Of a stretch of DNA of 64,000 nt, positions 28,301 through 43,300 are shown one piece after another. The DNA comes from Eledone cirrhosa. Its lineage: Eukaryota. Made by a program: the position numbers and the translations under genes. The notes under the pieces are model-generated. The model did not search any database, was not told the DNA's origin, and saw only the letters and a list, made by a program, of their open reading frames with translations. Location: contig OZ024741.1 in the NCBI GenBank assembly GCA_964016885.1, positions 416,082,001 to 416,146,000 of the forward strand, given 5' to 3'. Positions within the stretch are counted from its first letter, which is position 1, and the number at the start of each line of letters is the position of its first letter.

Positions 28301-31300
28301 TGGGGTCTCTGTTATATTAAATGGTGACTCTGTTATATTAACTGGGGTCTCTGTTATATTAACTGGGGTCTCGGTTATATTAACTGGGGCCTCTATTATA
28401 TTAACTGGGGTCTGTTATATTAACTGGGGTCTCTGTAATATTAACTGGGGTCTCTGTTATATTAACTGGGGTCTCTGTTATATTAACTGGGGTCTCTGTT
28501 ATATTAACTGGGATCTCTGTTATATTAACTGGGGCCTCTGTTATATTAACTGGTGTCTCTGTTATATTAACTGGGGCCTCTATTATATTAACTGGGGTCT
28601 CTGTAATATTAACTGGGGTCTTGGTTATATTAACTGGGGCCTCTGTTATATTAACTGGGGCATCTATTATATTAACTGGGGTCTCTGTTATATTAATTGG
28701 GGTCTCTGTTATATTAACTGGGGTCTGTTATCTTAACTGGGGTCTCTGTTATATTAACTGGGGTCTCTGTTATATTAACTGGGGTCTCTGTTATATTAAC
28801 TGGGGTCTCTGTTATATTAACTGGGATCTCTGTTATATTAACTGGGGCCTCTGTTATATTAACTGGGATCTCTATTATATTAACTGGGGTCTGTTATATT
28901 AACTGGGGTCTCTGTTATATTAACTGGGGTCTGTTATATTAACTGGGGTCTGTTATATTAACTGGGGTCTGTTATATTAACTGTGGCCTCTGTTATCTTA
29001 ACTGTGGTCTCTGTTATATTAACTGGGATCTCTGTTATATTAACTGGGGTCTCTGTTATATTAACTGGTGTCTCTTTTATATTAACTGGAATCTTTGTTA
29101 TATTAACTGGGGTTTCTGTTATATTAACTGGGGCCTCTATTATATTAACTGGGCTCTGTGTTATATTAACTGGGATCTCTGTTATATTAACTGGGGTCTC
29201 TGTTATATTAACTGGGGTCTCTGTTATATTAACTGGGATCTCTGTAATATTAACTGGTGTCTCTGTTATATTAACTGGGGTCTCTGTTATATTAACTGGG
29301 GCCTATGTTATATTAACTGGGGCCTCTGTTATATGAACTGGGGCCTCTATTATATTAACTGGGGTCTCTGTTATATTAACTGGGGTCTCTGTTATATTAA
29401 CTGGGGTCTGTTATATTAACTGAGATCTATGTTATATTAACTGGGGTCTGTTATATTAACTGGGGTCTCTGTTATATTAACTGGGGCCTCTATTATATTA
29501 ACTGGGGTCTCTGTAATATTAACTGGGGTCTTGGTTATATTAACTGGGGCCTCTGTTATATTAACTGGGGTCTCTGTTATATTAACTTGGGTCTCTGTTA
29601 TATTAACTGGGGCCTCTGTTATATTAACTGGGGTCTCTGTTATATTAACTGGGGTCTGTTATATTAAATGGGGTCTCTGTTATATTAACTGGGGCCTCTG
29701 TTATATTAACTGGGGTCTCGGTTATATTAACTGGGGCCTCTGTAATATTAACTGGGGTCTCTGTTATATTAACTGGGGTCTCTGTTATATTAACTGGGGC
29801 ATCTATTATATTAACTGGGGTCTCTGTTATATTAATTGGGGTCACTGTTATATTAACTGGGGTCTGTTATCTTAACTGGGGTCTCTGTTATATTAAACTG
29901 GGGTCTCTGTTATATTAACTGGGTTCTGTTATTAACTGGGGCCTCTATTATATTAACTGAGGTCTCTGTTATATTAACTGGGAGTCTGCTATATTAACTG
30001 GGGTCTCTGTTATATTAACTGGGGTCTCTGTTATATTAACTGGGGTCTCGGTTATGTTAACTGGGGCCTCTGTTATATTAACTGGGGCCTCTATTATATT
30101 AACTGGTGTCTGTTATATTAACTGGGGTCTCTGTAATATTAACTGGGGTCTCTGTTATATTAACTGGGGTCTCTGTTATATTAACTGGGGTCTCTGTTAT
30201 ATTAACTGGGATCTCTGTTATATTAACTGGGGCCTCTGTTATATTAACTGGGATCTCTATTATATTAACTGGGGTCTGTTATATTAACTGGGGTCTCTGT
30301 TATATTAACTGGGGTCTGTTATATTAACCGGGGTCTGTTATATTAACTGGGGTCTGTTATATTAACTGTGGCCTCTGTTATCTTAACTGTGGTCTCTGTT
30401 ATATTAACTGGGATCTCTGTTATATTAACTGGGGTCTCTGTTATATTAACTGGTGTCTCTTTTATATTAACTGGAATCTCTGTTATATTAACTGGGGTTT
30501 CTGTTATATTAACTGGGGCCTCTATTATATTAACTGGGCTCTGTGTTATATTAACTGGGATCTCTGTTATATTAACTGGGGTCTCTGTTATATTAACTGG
30601 GATCTCTGTAATATTAACTGGTGTCTCTGTTATATTAACTGGTGTCTCTGTTATATTAACTGGGGCCTCTGTTATATTAACTGGGGCCTCTGTTATATGA
30701 ACTGGGGCCTCTATTATATTAACTGGGGTCTCTGTTATATTAACTGGGGTCTCTGTTATATTAACTGGGGTCTGTTATATTAACTGAGATCTCTGTTATA
30801 TTAACTGGGGTCTGTTATATTAACTTGGGTCTCTGTTATATTAACTGGGGCCTCTATTATATTAACTGGGGTCTCTGTAATATTAACTGGGGTCTTGGTT
30901 ATATTAACTGGGGCCTCTGTTATATTAACTGGGGTCTCTGTTATATTAACTTGGGTCTCTGTTATATTAACTGGGGCCTCTGTTATATTAACTGGGGTCT
31001 CTGTTATATTAACTGGGGTCTGTTATATTAATTGGGGTCTCTGTTATATTAACTGGGGCCTCTGTTATATTAACTGGGGTCTCGGTTATATTAACTGGGG
31101 CCTCTGTAATATTAACTGGGGTCTCTGTTATATTAACTGGGGTCTCTGTTACATTAACTGGGGCATCTATTATATTAACTGGGGTCTCTGTTATATTAAT
31201 TGGGGTCACTGTTATATTAACTGGGGTCTGTTATCTTAACTGGGGTCTCTGTTATATTAACTGGGGTCTCTGTTATATTAACTGGGTTCTGTTATTAACT

Positions 31301-34300
31301 GGGGCCTCTATTATATTAACTGAGGTCTCTGTTATATTAACTGGGAGTCTGCTATATTAACTGGGGTCTCTGTTATATTAACTGGGGTCTCTGTTATATT
31401 AACTGGGGTCTCGGTTATATTAACTGGGGCCTCTGTTATATTAACTGGGGCCTCTATTATATTAACTGGGGTCTGTTATATTAACTGGGGTCTCTGTAAT
31501 ATTAACTGGGGTCTCTGTTATATTTACTGGGGTCTCTGTAATATTAACTGGGGCCTCTATTATATTACCTGGGTCCTCTGTTATATTAACTGGGGTCTCT
31601 ATTATATTAACTGGGTTCTCTGTTATATTAACTGGGGTCTCTGTTATATTAACTGAGGTCTCTGTAATATTAACTGCGTTCTCTGTTATATTAACTGGGG
31701 CTTCTATTATATTAACTGGGTTCTCTGCTATATTAACTGGGGTCTCTGTTATATTAACTGGGGTCTCGGTTATATTAACTGGGGTCTCTGTTATATTAAC
31801 TGAGGCCTCTGTTATATTAACTGGGGTCTGTTATATTAACTGGGGCCTCTTTTATATTAACTGAGGTCTCTGTTATATTAACTGGGGTCTCTGTTATATT
31901 AACTGGCTTATGTTATATTAACTGGGGCCTCTGTAATATTAACTGGGGTATGTTATATTAACTGGGGTCTCTGTTATATTAACTGGGGTCTCTGTTATAT
32001 TAACTGGGGTCTCTGTTATATTAACTGGGGTCTCTGTTATATTAACTGGGATCTCTGTTATATTAACTGGGATCTCTGTTATATTAACTGGGGCCTCTAT
32101 TATATTAACTGAGGTCTCTGTTATATTAACTGGGGTCTCTGTTATATTAACTGAGGTCTCTGTTATATTAACTGGGGTCTCTGTTATATTAACTGGGGTC
32201 TCTATTATATTAACTGGGGTCTCTGTTATATTTACTGGGGTCTCTATTATATTAACTGAGGTCTCTGTTATATTAACTGGGGTCTCTGTTATATTAACTG
32301 GGATCTCTGTTATATTAACTGGGGTCTCTATTATATTAACTGGGGTCTCTGTTATATTAACTGGGGTATGTTATATTAACTGGGGTCTCTGTTATATTAA
32401 CTGGGGTCTCTGTTATATTAACTGGGGTCTCTGTTATATTAACTGAGGTCCCTGTTATATTAACTGGGGTATGTTATATTAACTGGGGTCTCTGTTATAT
32501 TAACTGGGGTCTCTGTTATATTAACTGGGGTCTCTGTTATATTAAATGGTGTCTCTGTTATATTAACTGGGGTCTCTGTTATATTAACTGGGGTATGTTA
32601 TATTAACTGGGGTATGTTATATTAACTGGGGTCTCTGTTATATTAACTGGGGTCTCTGTTATATTAAATGGTGTCTCTGTTATATTAACTGGGGTCTCTG
32701 TTATATTAACTGGGGCCTCTGTTATATTAACTGGGGCCTCTGTTATATTAACTGGGGCCTCTATTATATTAACTGGGGTCTCTGTTATATTAACTGGGGT
32801 CTCTGTTATATTAACTGGGGTCTTGGTTATATTAACTGGGGCCTCTGTTATATTAACTGGGGTCTCTGTTATATTAACTGGGGTCTCTGTAATATTAACT
32901 GGGGTCTTGGTTATATTAACTGGGGCCTCTGTTATATTAACTGGGGTCTCTGTTATATTAACTGGGGTCTCTGTTATATTAACTGGGGCCTCTGTTATAT
33001 TAACTGGGGTCTCGGTTATATTAACTGGGGCCTCTGTTATATTAACTGGGGTCTCTGTTATATTAACTGGGGTCTCTGTTATATTAACTGGGGCATCTAT
33101 TATATTAACTGGGGTCTCTGTTATATTAATTGGGGTCTCTGTTATATTAACTGGGGTCTGTTATCTTAACTGGGGTCTCTGTTATATTAACTGGGGTCTC
33201 TGTTATATTAACTGGGTTCTGTTATTAACTGGGGTCTCTATTATATTAACTGAGGTCTCTGTTATATTAACTGGGGTCTGCTATATTAACTGGGGTCTCT
33301 GTTATTTTAACTGGGGTCTCTGTTATATTAACCGGGGTCTCTATTATATTAACTGGGGTCGCTGTTATATTAACTGGGGTCTCTGTTATATTAACTGGGG
33401 TCTGTTATATTAACTGGGGTCTCTGTAATATTAACTGGGGTCTCTGTTATATTTACTGGGGTCTCTGTAATATTAACTGGGGCCTCTATTATATTACCTG
33501 GGTCCTCTGTTATATTAACTGGGGTCTCTATTATATTAACTGGGTTCTCTGTTATATTAACTGGGGTCTCTGTTATATTAACTGAGGTCTCTGTAATATT
33601 AACTGCGTTCTCTGTTATATTAACTGGGGCTTCTATTATATTAACTGGGTTCTCTGTTATATTAACTGGGGTCTCTGTTATATTAACTGGGGTCTCGGTT
33701 ATATTAACTGGGGTCTCTGTTATATTAACTGAGGCCTCTGTTATATTAACTGGGGTCTCTATTATATTAACTGGGGTCTCTGTTATATTAACTGGGGTCT
33801 CTGTTATATTAACTGGGGTCTGTTATCTTAACTGGGGTCTCTGTTATATTAACTGGGGTCTCTGTTATATTAACCGGGTTCTCTGTTATATTAACTGGGG
33901 TCTGTTATATTAACTGGGGCCTCTATTATATTAACTGAGGTCTCTGTTATATTAACTGTGGTCTCTGTTATATTAACTGGCGTACGTTATATTAACTGGG
34001 GCCTCTGTAATATTAACTGGGGTATGTTATATTAACTGGGGTCTCTGTTATATTAACTGGGGTCTCTGTTATATTAACTGGGGTCTCTGTTATATTAACT
34101 GGGGCCTCTATTATATTAACTAAGGTCTCTGTTATATTAACTGGGGTATGTTATATTAACTGGGGTCTCTGTTATATTAACTGTGGTCTCTATTATATTA
34201 ACTGGGGTCTCTGTTATATTTACTGGGGTCTCTATTATATTAACTGAGGTCTCTGTTATATTAACTGGGGTCTCTGTTATATTAACTGGGGTCTCTGTTA

Positions 34301-37300
34301 TATTAACTGGGGTCTCTATTATATTAACTGGGGTCTCTGTTATATTAACTGGGGCCTCTGTTATATTAACTGGGGTCTCTGTTATATTAACTGGGGTATG
34401 TTATATTAACTGGGGCCTCTGTAATATTAACTGGGGTATGTTATATTAACTGGGGTCTCTGTTATATTAACTGGGGTCTCTGTTATATTAACTGGGGTCT
34501 CTGTTATATTAACTGGGGCCTCTATTATATTAACTAAGGTCTCTGTTATATTAACTGGGGTATGTTATATTAACTGGCGTCTCTGTTATATTAACTGTGG
34601 TCTCTATTATATTAACTGGGGTCTCTGTTATATTTACTGGGGTCTCTATTATATTAACTGAGGTCTCTGTTATATTAACTGGGGTCTCTGTTATATTAAC
34701 TGGGGCCTCTGTTATATTAACTGGGGCCTCTGTTATATTAACTGGGGCCTCTATTATATTAACTGGGGTCTCTGTTATATTAACTGGGGTCTCTGTTATA
34801 TTAACTGGGGTCTTGGTTATATTAACTGGGGCCTCTGTTATATTAACTGGGGTCTCTGTTATATTAACTGGGGTCTCTGTAATATTAACTGGGGTCTTGG
34901 TTATATTAACTGGGGCCTCTGTTATATTAACTGGGGTCTCTGTTATATTAACTGGGGTCTCTGTTATATTAACTGGGGCCTCTGTTATATTAACTGGGGT
35001 CTCGGTTATATTAACTGGGGCCTCTGTTATATTAACTGGGGTCTCTGTTATATTAACTGGGGTCTCTGTTATATTAACTGGGGCATCTATTATATTAACT
35101 GGGGTCTCTGTTATATTAATTGGGGTCTCTGTTATATTAACTGGGGTCTGTTATCTTAACTGGGGTCTCTGTTATATTAACTGGGGTCTCTGTTATATTA
35201 ACTGGGTTCTGTTATTAACTGGGGTCTCTATTATATTAACTGAGGTCTCTGTTATATTAACTGGGGTCTGCTATATTAACTGGGGTCTCTGTTATTTTAA
35301 CTGGGGTCTCTGTTATATTAACCGGGGTCTCTATTATATTAACTGGGGTCGCTGTTATATTAACTGGGGTCTCTGTTATATTAACTGGGGTCTGTTATAT
35401 TAACTGGGGTCTCTGTAATATTAACTGGGGTCTCTGTTATATTTACTGGGGTCTCTGTAATATTAACTGGGGCCTCTATTATATTACCTGGGTCCTCTGT
35501 TATATTAACTGGGGTCTCTATTATATTAACTGGGTTCTCTGTTATATTAACTGGGGTCTCTGTTATATTAACTGAGGTCTCTGTAATATTAACTGCGTTC
35601 TCTGTTATATTAACTGGGGCTTCTATTATATTAACTGGGTTCTCTGTTATATTAACTGGGGTCTCTGTTATATTAACTGGGGTCTCGGTTATATTAACTG
35701 GGGTCTCTGTTATATTAACTGAGGCCTCTGTTATATTAACTGGGGTCTCTATTATATTAACTGGGGTCTCTGTTATATTAACTGGGGTCTCTGTTATATT
35801 AACTGGGGTCTGTTATCTTAACTGGGGTCTCTGTTATATTAACTGGGGTCTCTGTTATATTAACCGGGTTCTCTGTTATATTAACTGGGGTCTGTTATAT
35901 TAACTGGGGCCTCTATTATATTAACTGAGGTCTCTGTCATATTAACTGTGGTCTCTGTTATATTAACTGGCGTACGTTATATTAACTGGGGCCTCTGTAA
36001 TATTAACTGGGGTATGTTATATTAACTGGGGTCTCTGTTATATTAACTGGGGTCTCTGTTATATTAACTGGGGTCTCTGTTATATTAACTGGGGCCTCTA
36101 TTATATTAACTAAGGTCTCTGTTATATTAACTGGGGTATGTTATATTAACTGGGGTCTCTGTTATATTAACTGGGGTCTCTATTATATTAACTGGGGTCT
36201 CTGTTATATTAACTGGGGCCTCTGTTATATTAACTGGGGTCTCTGTTATATTAACTGGGGTATGTTATATTAACTGGGGCCTCTGTAATATTAACTGGGG
36301 TATGTTATATTAACTGGGGTCTCTGTTATATTAACTGGGGTCTCTGTTATATTAACTGGGGTCTCTGTTATATTAACTGGGGCCTCTATTATATTAACTA
36401 AGGTCTCTGTTATATTAACTGGGGTATGTTATATTAACTGGCGTCTCTGTTATATTAACTGTGGTCTCTATTATATTAACTGGGGTCTCTGTTATATTTA
36501 CTGGGGTCTCTATTATATTAACTGAGGTCTCTGTTATATTAACTGGGGTCTCTGTTATATTAACTGGGGTCTCTGTTATATTAACTGGGGTCTCTATTAT
36601 ATTAACTGGGGTCTCTGTTATATTAACTGGGGCCTCTGTTATATTAACTGGGGTCTCTGTTATATTAACTGGGGTATGTTATATTAACTGGGGTCTCTGT
36701 TATATTAACTGGGGTCTCTGTTATATTAACTGGGGTCTCTGTTATATTAACTGGGGTCTGTTATCTTAACTGGGGTCTCTGTTATATTAACTGGGGTCTC
36801 TGTTATATTAACCGGGTTCTCTGTTATATTAACTGGGGTCTGTTATATTAACTGGGGCCTCTGTTATATTAACTGGGGTCTCTGTTATATTAACTGAGGT
36901 CTCTGTTATATTAACTGGGTCTCTGTTATATTAACTGGGGTATGTTATATTAACTGCGGTCTCTGTTATATTAGCTGGGGTCTCTATTATATTAACTGAG
37001 GTCTCTGTTATATTAACTGAGGTCTCTGTTATATTAACTGGCGTCTCTGTTATATTAACTGGGGTATGTTATATTAACTGGGGTATGTTATATTAACTGC
37101 GGTCTCTGTTATATTAACTGGGGTCTCTGTTATATTAACTGGGGTCTCTGTTATATTAAATGGTGACTCTGTTATATTAACTGGGGTCTCTGTTATATTA
37201 ACTGGGGCCTCTGTTATATTAACTGGGGCCTCTGTTATATTAACTGGGGCCTCTATTATATTAACTGGGGTCTCTGTTATATTAACTGGGGTCTCTGTTA

Positions 37301-40300
37301 TATTAACTGGGGTCTGTTATATTAACTGAGATCTCTGTTATATTAACTGGGGTCTGTTATATTAACTGGGTTCTCTGTTATATTAACTGGTGTCTCTGTT
37401 ATATTAACTGGGGCCTCTATTATATTAACTGGGGTCTCTGTAATATTAACTGGGGTCTTGGTTATATTAACTGGGGCCTCTGTTATATTAACTGGGGTCT
37501 CTGTTATATTAACTGGGGTCTCTGTTATATTAACTGGGGCCTCTGTTATATTAACTGGGGTCTCGGTTATATTAACTGGGGTCTCGGTTATATTAACTGG
37601 GGTCTCCTTTATATTAACTGGGGTCTCTGTTATATTAACTGGGGCATCTATTATATTAACTGGGGTCTCTGTTATATTAATTGGGGTCTCTGTTATATTA
37701 ACTGGGGTCTGTTATCTTAACTGGGGTCTCTGTTATATTAACTGGGGTCTCTGTTATATTAACTGGGGTCTCTGTTATATTAAATGGTGTCTCTGTTATA
37801 TTAACTGGTGTCTCTTTTATATTAACTGGAATCTCTGTTATATTAACTGGGGTTTCTGTTATATTAACTGGGGCCTCTATTATATTAACTGGGCTCTGTG
37901 TTATATTAACTGGGATCTCTGTTATATTAACTGGGGTCTCTGTTATATTAACTGGGGTCTCTGTTATATTAACTGGGATCTCTGTAATATTAACTGGTGT
38001 CTCTGTTATATTAACTGGGGTCTCTGTTATATTAACTGGGGCCTCTGTTATATTAACTGGGGCCTCTGTTATATGAACTGGGGCCTCTATTATATTAACT
38101 GGGGTCTCTGTTATATTAACTGGGGTCTCTGTTATATTAACTGGGGTCTGTTATATTAACTGAGATCTCTGTTATATTAACTGGGGTCTGTTATATTAAC
38201 TGGAGTCTCTGTTATATTAACTGGGGCCTCTATTATATTAACTGGGGTCTCTGTAATATTAACTGGGGTCTTGGTTATATTAACTGGGGCCTCTGTTATA
38301 TTAACTGGGGTCTCTGTTATATTAACTTGGGTCTCTGTTATATTAACTGGGGCCTTTGTTATATTAACTGGGGTCTCTGTTATATTAACTGGGGCCTCTG
38401 TTATATTAACTGGGGTCTCGGTTATATTAACTGGGGCCTCTGTAATATTAACTGGGGTCTCTGTTATATTAACTGGGGTCTCTGTTATATTAACTGGGGC
38501 ATCTATTATATTAACTGGGGTCTCTGTTATATTAATTGGGGTCACTGTTATATTAACTGGGGTCTGTTATCTTAACTGGGGTCTCTGTTATATTAACTGG
38601 GGTCTCTGTTATATTAACTGGGTTCTGTTATTAACTGGGGCCTCTATTATATTAACTGAGGTCTCTGTTATATTAACTGGGAGTCTGCTATATTAACTGG
38701 GGTCTCTGTTATATTAACTGGGGTCTCTGTTATATTAACTGGGGTCTCGGTTATATTAACTGGGGCCTCTGTTATATTAACTGGGGCCTCTATTATATTA
38801 ACTGGGGTCTGTTATATTAACTGGGGTCTCTGTAATATTAACTGGGGTCTCTGTTATATTAACTGAGGTCTCTGTTATATTAACTGGGGTCTCTGTTATA
38901 TTAACTGGGATCTCTGTTATATTAACTGGGGCCTCTGTTATATTAACTGGGATCTCTATTATATTAACTGGGGTCTGTTATATTAACTGGGGTCTCTGTT
39001 ATATTAACTGGGGTCTGTTATATTAACTGGGGTCTGTTATATTAACTGGGGTCTGTTATATTAACTGTGGCCTCTGTTATCTTAACTGGGGTCTCTGTTA
39101 TATTAACTGGTGTCTCTTTTATATTAACTGGAATCTCTGTTATATTAACTGGGGTTTCTGTTATATTAACTGGGGCCTCTATTATATTAACTGGGCTCTG
39201 TGTTATATTAACTGGGATCTCTGTTATATTAACTGGGGTCTCTGTTATATTAACTGGGGTCTCTGTTATATTAACTGGGATCTCTGTAATATTAACTGGT
39301 GTCTCTGTTATATTAACTGGGGTCTCTGTTATATTAACTGGGGCCTCTGTTATATTAACTGGCGCCTCTGTTATATGAACTGGGGCCTCTATTATATTAA
39401 CTGGGGTCTCTGTTATATTAACTGGGGTCTCTGTTATATTAACTGGGGTCTGTTATATTAACTGAGATCTCTGTTATATTAACTGGGGTCTGTTATATTA
39501 ACTGGTGTCTCTGTTATATTAACTGGGGCCTCTATTATATTAACTGGGGTCTTGGTTATATTAACTGGGGCCTCTGTTATATTAACTGGGGCATGTATTA
39601 TATTAACTGGGGTCTCTGTTATATTAATTGGGGTCTCTGTTATATTAACTGGGGTCTGTTATCTTAACTGGGGTCTCTGTTATATTAACTGGGGTCTCTG
39701 TTATATTAACTGGGGTCTCTGTTATATTAACTGGGGTCTCTGTTATATTAACTGGGATCTCTGTTATATTAACTGGGGCCTCTGTTATATTAACTGGGAT
39801 CTCTATTATATTAACTGGGGTCTGTTATATTAACTGGGGTCTCTGTTATATTAACTGGGGTCTGTTATATTAACTGGGGTCTGTTATATTAACTGGGGTC
39901 TGTTATATTAACTGTGGCCTCTGTTATCTTAAGTGTGGTCTCTGTTATATTAACTGGGATCTCTGTTATATTAACTGGGGTCTCTGTTATATTAACTGGT
40001 GTCTCTTTTATATTAACTGGAATCTCTGTTATATTAACTGGGGTTTCTGTTATATTAACTGGGGCCTCTATTATATTAACTGGGCTCTGTGTTATATTAA
40101 CTGGGATCTCTGTTATATTAACTGGGGTCTCTGTTATATTAACTGGGGTCTCTGTTATATTAACTGGGATCTCTGTAATATTAACTGGTGTCTCTGTTAT
40201 ATTAACTGGGGTCTCTGTTATATTAACTGGGGCCTCTGTTATATTAACTGGGGCCTCTGTTATATGAACTGGGGCCTCTATTATATTAACTGGGGTCTCT

Positions 40301-43300
40301 GTTATATTAACTGGGGTCTCTGTTATATTAACTGGGGTCTGTTATATTAACTGAGATCTCTGTTATATTAACTGGGGTCTGTTATATTAACTGGGGTCTC
40401 TGTTATATTAACTGGGGCCTCTATTATATTAACTGGGGTCTCTGTAATATTAACTGGGGTCTTGGTTATATTAACTGGGGCCTCTGTTATATTAACTGGG
40501 GTCTCTGTTATATTAACTTGGGTCTCTGTTATATTAACTGGGGCCTCTGTTATATTAACTGGGGTCTCTGTTATATTAACTGGGGTCTGTTATATTAAAT
40601 GGGGTCTCTGTTATATTAACTGGGGCCTCTGTTATATTAACTGGGGTCTCGGTTATATTAACTGGGGCCTCTGTAATATTAACTGGGGTCTCTGTTATAT
40701 TAACTGGGGTCTCTGTTATATTAACTGGGGCATCTATTATATTAACTGGGGTCTCTGTTATATTAATTGGGGTCACTGTTATATTAACTGGGGTCTGTTA
40801 TCTTAACTGGGGTCTCTGTTATATTAACTGGGGTCTCTGTTATATTAACTGGGTTCTGTTATTAACTGGGGCCTCTATTATATTAACTGAGGTCTCTGTT
40901 ATATTAACTGGGAGTCTGCTATATTAACTGGGGTCTCTGTTATATTAACTGGGGTCTCTGTTATATTAACTGGGGTCTCGGTTATGTTAACTGGGGCCTC
41001 TGTTATATTAACTGGGGCCTCTATTATATTAACTGGGGTCTGTTATATTAACTGGGGTCTCTGTAATATTAACTGGGGTCTCTGTTATATTAACTGGGGT
41101 CTCTGTTATATTAACTGGGGTCTCTGTTATATTAACTGGGATCTCTGTTATATTAACTGGGGCCTCTGTTATATTAACTGGGATCTCTATTATATTAACT
41201 GGGGTCTGTTATATTAACTGGGGTCTCTGTTATATTAACTGGGGTCTGTTATATTAACTGGGGTCTGTTATATTAACTGGGGTCTGTTATATTAACTGTG
41301 GCCTCTGTTATCTTAACTGTGGTCTCTGTTATATTAACTGGGATCTCTGTTATATTAACTGGGGTCTCTGTTATATTAACTGGTGTCTCTTTTATATTAA
41401 CTGGAATCTCTGTTATATTAACTGGGGTTTCTGTTATATTAACTGGGGCCTCTATTATATTAACTGGGCTCTGTGTTATATTAACTGGGATCTCTGTTAT
41501 ATTAACTGGGGTCTCTGTTATATTAACTGGGGTCTCTGTTATATTAACTGGGATCTCTGTAATATTAACTGGTGTCTCTGTTATATTAACTGGGGTCTCT
41601 GTTATATTAACTGGGGCCTCTGTTATATTAACTGGGGCCTCTGTTATATGAACTGGGGCCTCTATTATATTAACTGGGGTCTCTGTTATATTAACTGGGG
41701 TCTCTGTTATATTAACTGGGGTCTGTTATATTAACTGAGATCTCTGTTATATTAACTGGGGTCTGTTATATTAACTGGGGTCTCTGTTATATTAACTGGG
41801 GCCTCTATTATATTAACTGGGGTCTCTGTAATATTAACTGGGGTCTTGGTTATATTAACTGGGGCCTCTGTTATATTAACTGGGGTCTCTGTTATATTAA
41901 CTTGGGTCTCTGTTATATTAACTGGGGCCTCTGTTATATTAACTGGGGTCTCTGTTATATTAACTGGGGTCTGTTATATTAAATGGGGTCTCTGTTATAT
42001 TAACTGGGGCCTCTGTTATATTACCTGGGGTCTCGGTTATATTAACTGGGGCCTCTGTAATATTAACTGGGGTCTCTGTTATATTAACTGGGGTCTCTGT
42101 TACATTAACTGGGGCATCTATTATATTAACTGGGGTCTCTGTTATATTAATTGGGGTCACTGTTATATTAACTGGGGTCTGTTATCTTAACTGGGGTCTC
42201 TGTTATATTAACTGGGGTCTCTGTTATATTAACTGGGTTCTGTTATTAACTGGGGCCTCTATTATATTAACTGAGGTCTCTGTTATATTAACTGGGAGTC
42301 TGCTCTATTAACTGGGGTCTCTGTTATATTAACTGGGGTCTCTGTTATATTAACTGGGGTCTCGGTTATATTAACTGGGGCCTCTGTTATATTAACTGGG
42401 GCCTCTATTATATTAACTGGGGTCTGTTATATTAACTGGGGTCTCTGTAATATTAACTGGGGTCTCTGTTATATTTACTGGGGTCTCTGTAATATTAACT
42501 GGGGCCTCTATTATATTACCTGGGTCCTCTGTTATATTAACTGGGGTCTCTATTATATTAACTGGGTTCTCTGTTATATTAACTGGGGTCTCTGTTATAT
42601 TAACTGAGGTCTCTGTAATATTAACTGCGTTCTCTGTTATATTAACTGGGGCTTCTATTATATTAACTGGGTTCTCTGCTATATTAACTGGGGTCTCTGT
42701 TATATTAACTGGGGTCTGTTATATTAACTGGGGCCTCTTTTATATTAACTGAGGTCTCTGTTATATTAACTGGGGTCTCTGTTATATTAACTGGCTTATG
42801 TTATATTAACTGGGGCCTCTGTAATATTAACTGGGGTATGTTATATTAACTGGGGTCTCTGTTATATTAACTGGGCTCTCTGTTATATTAACTGGGGTCT
42901 CTGTTATATTAACTGGGATCTCTGTTATATTAACTGGGATCTCTGTTATATTAACTGGGGCCTCTATTATATTAACTGAGGTCTCTGTTATATTAACTGG
43001 GGTCTCTGTTATATTAACTGAGGTCTCTGTTATATTAACTGGGGTCTCTGTTATATTAACTGGGGTCTCTATTATATTAACTGGGGTCTCTGTTATATTT
43101 ACTGGGGTCTCTATTATATTAACTGAGGTCTCTGTTATATTAACTGGGGTCTCTGTTATATTAACTGGGATCTCTGTTATATTAACTGGGGTCTCTATTA
43201 TATTAACTGGGGTCTCTGTTATATTAACTGGGGTATGTTATATTAACTGGGGTCTCTGTTATATTAACTGGGGTCTCTGTTATATTAACTGGGGTCTCTG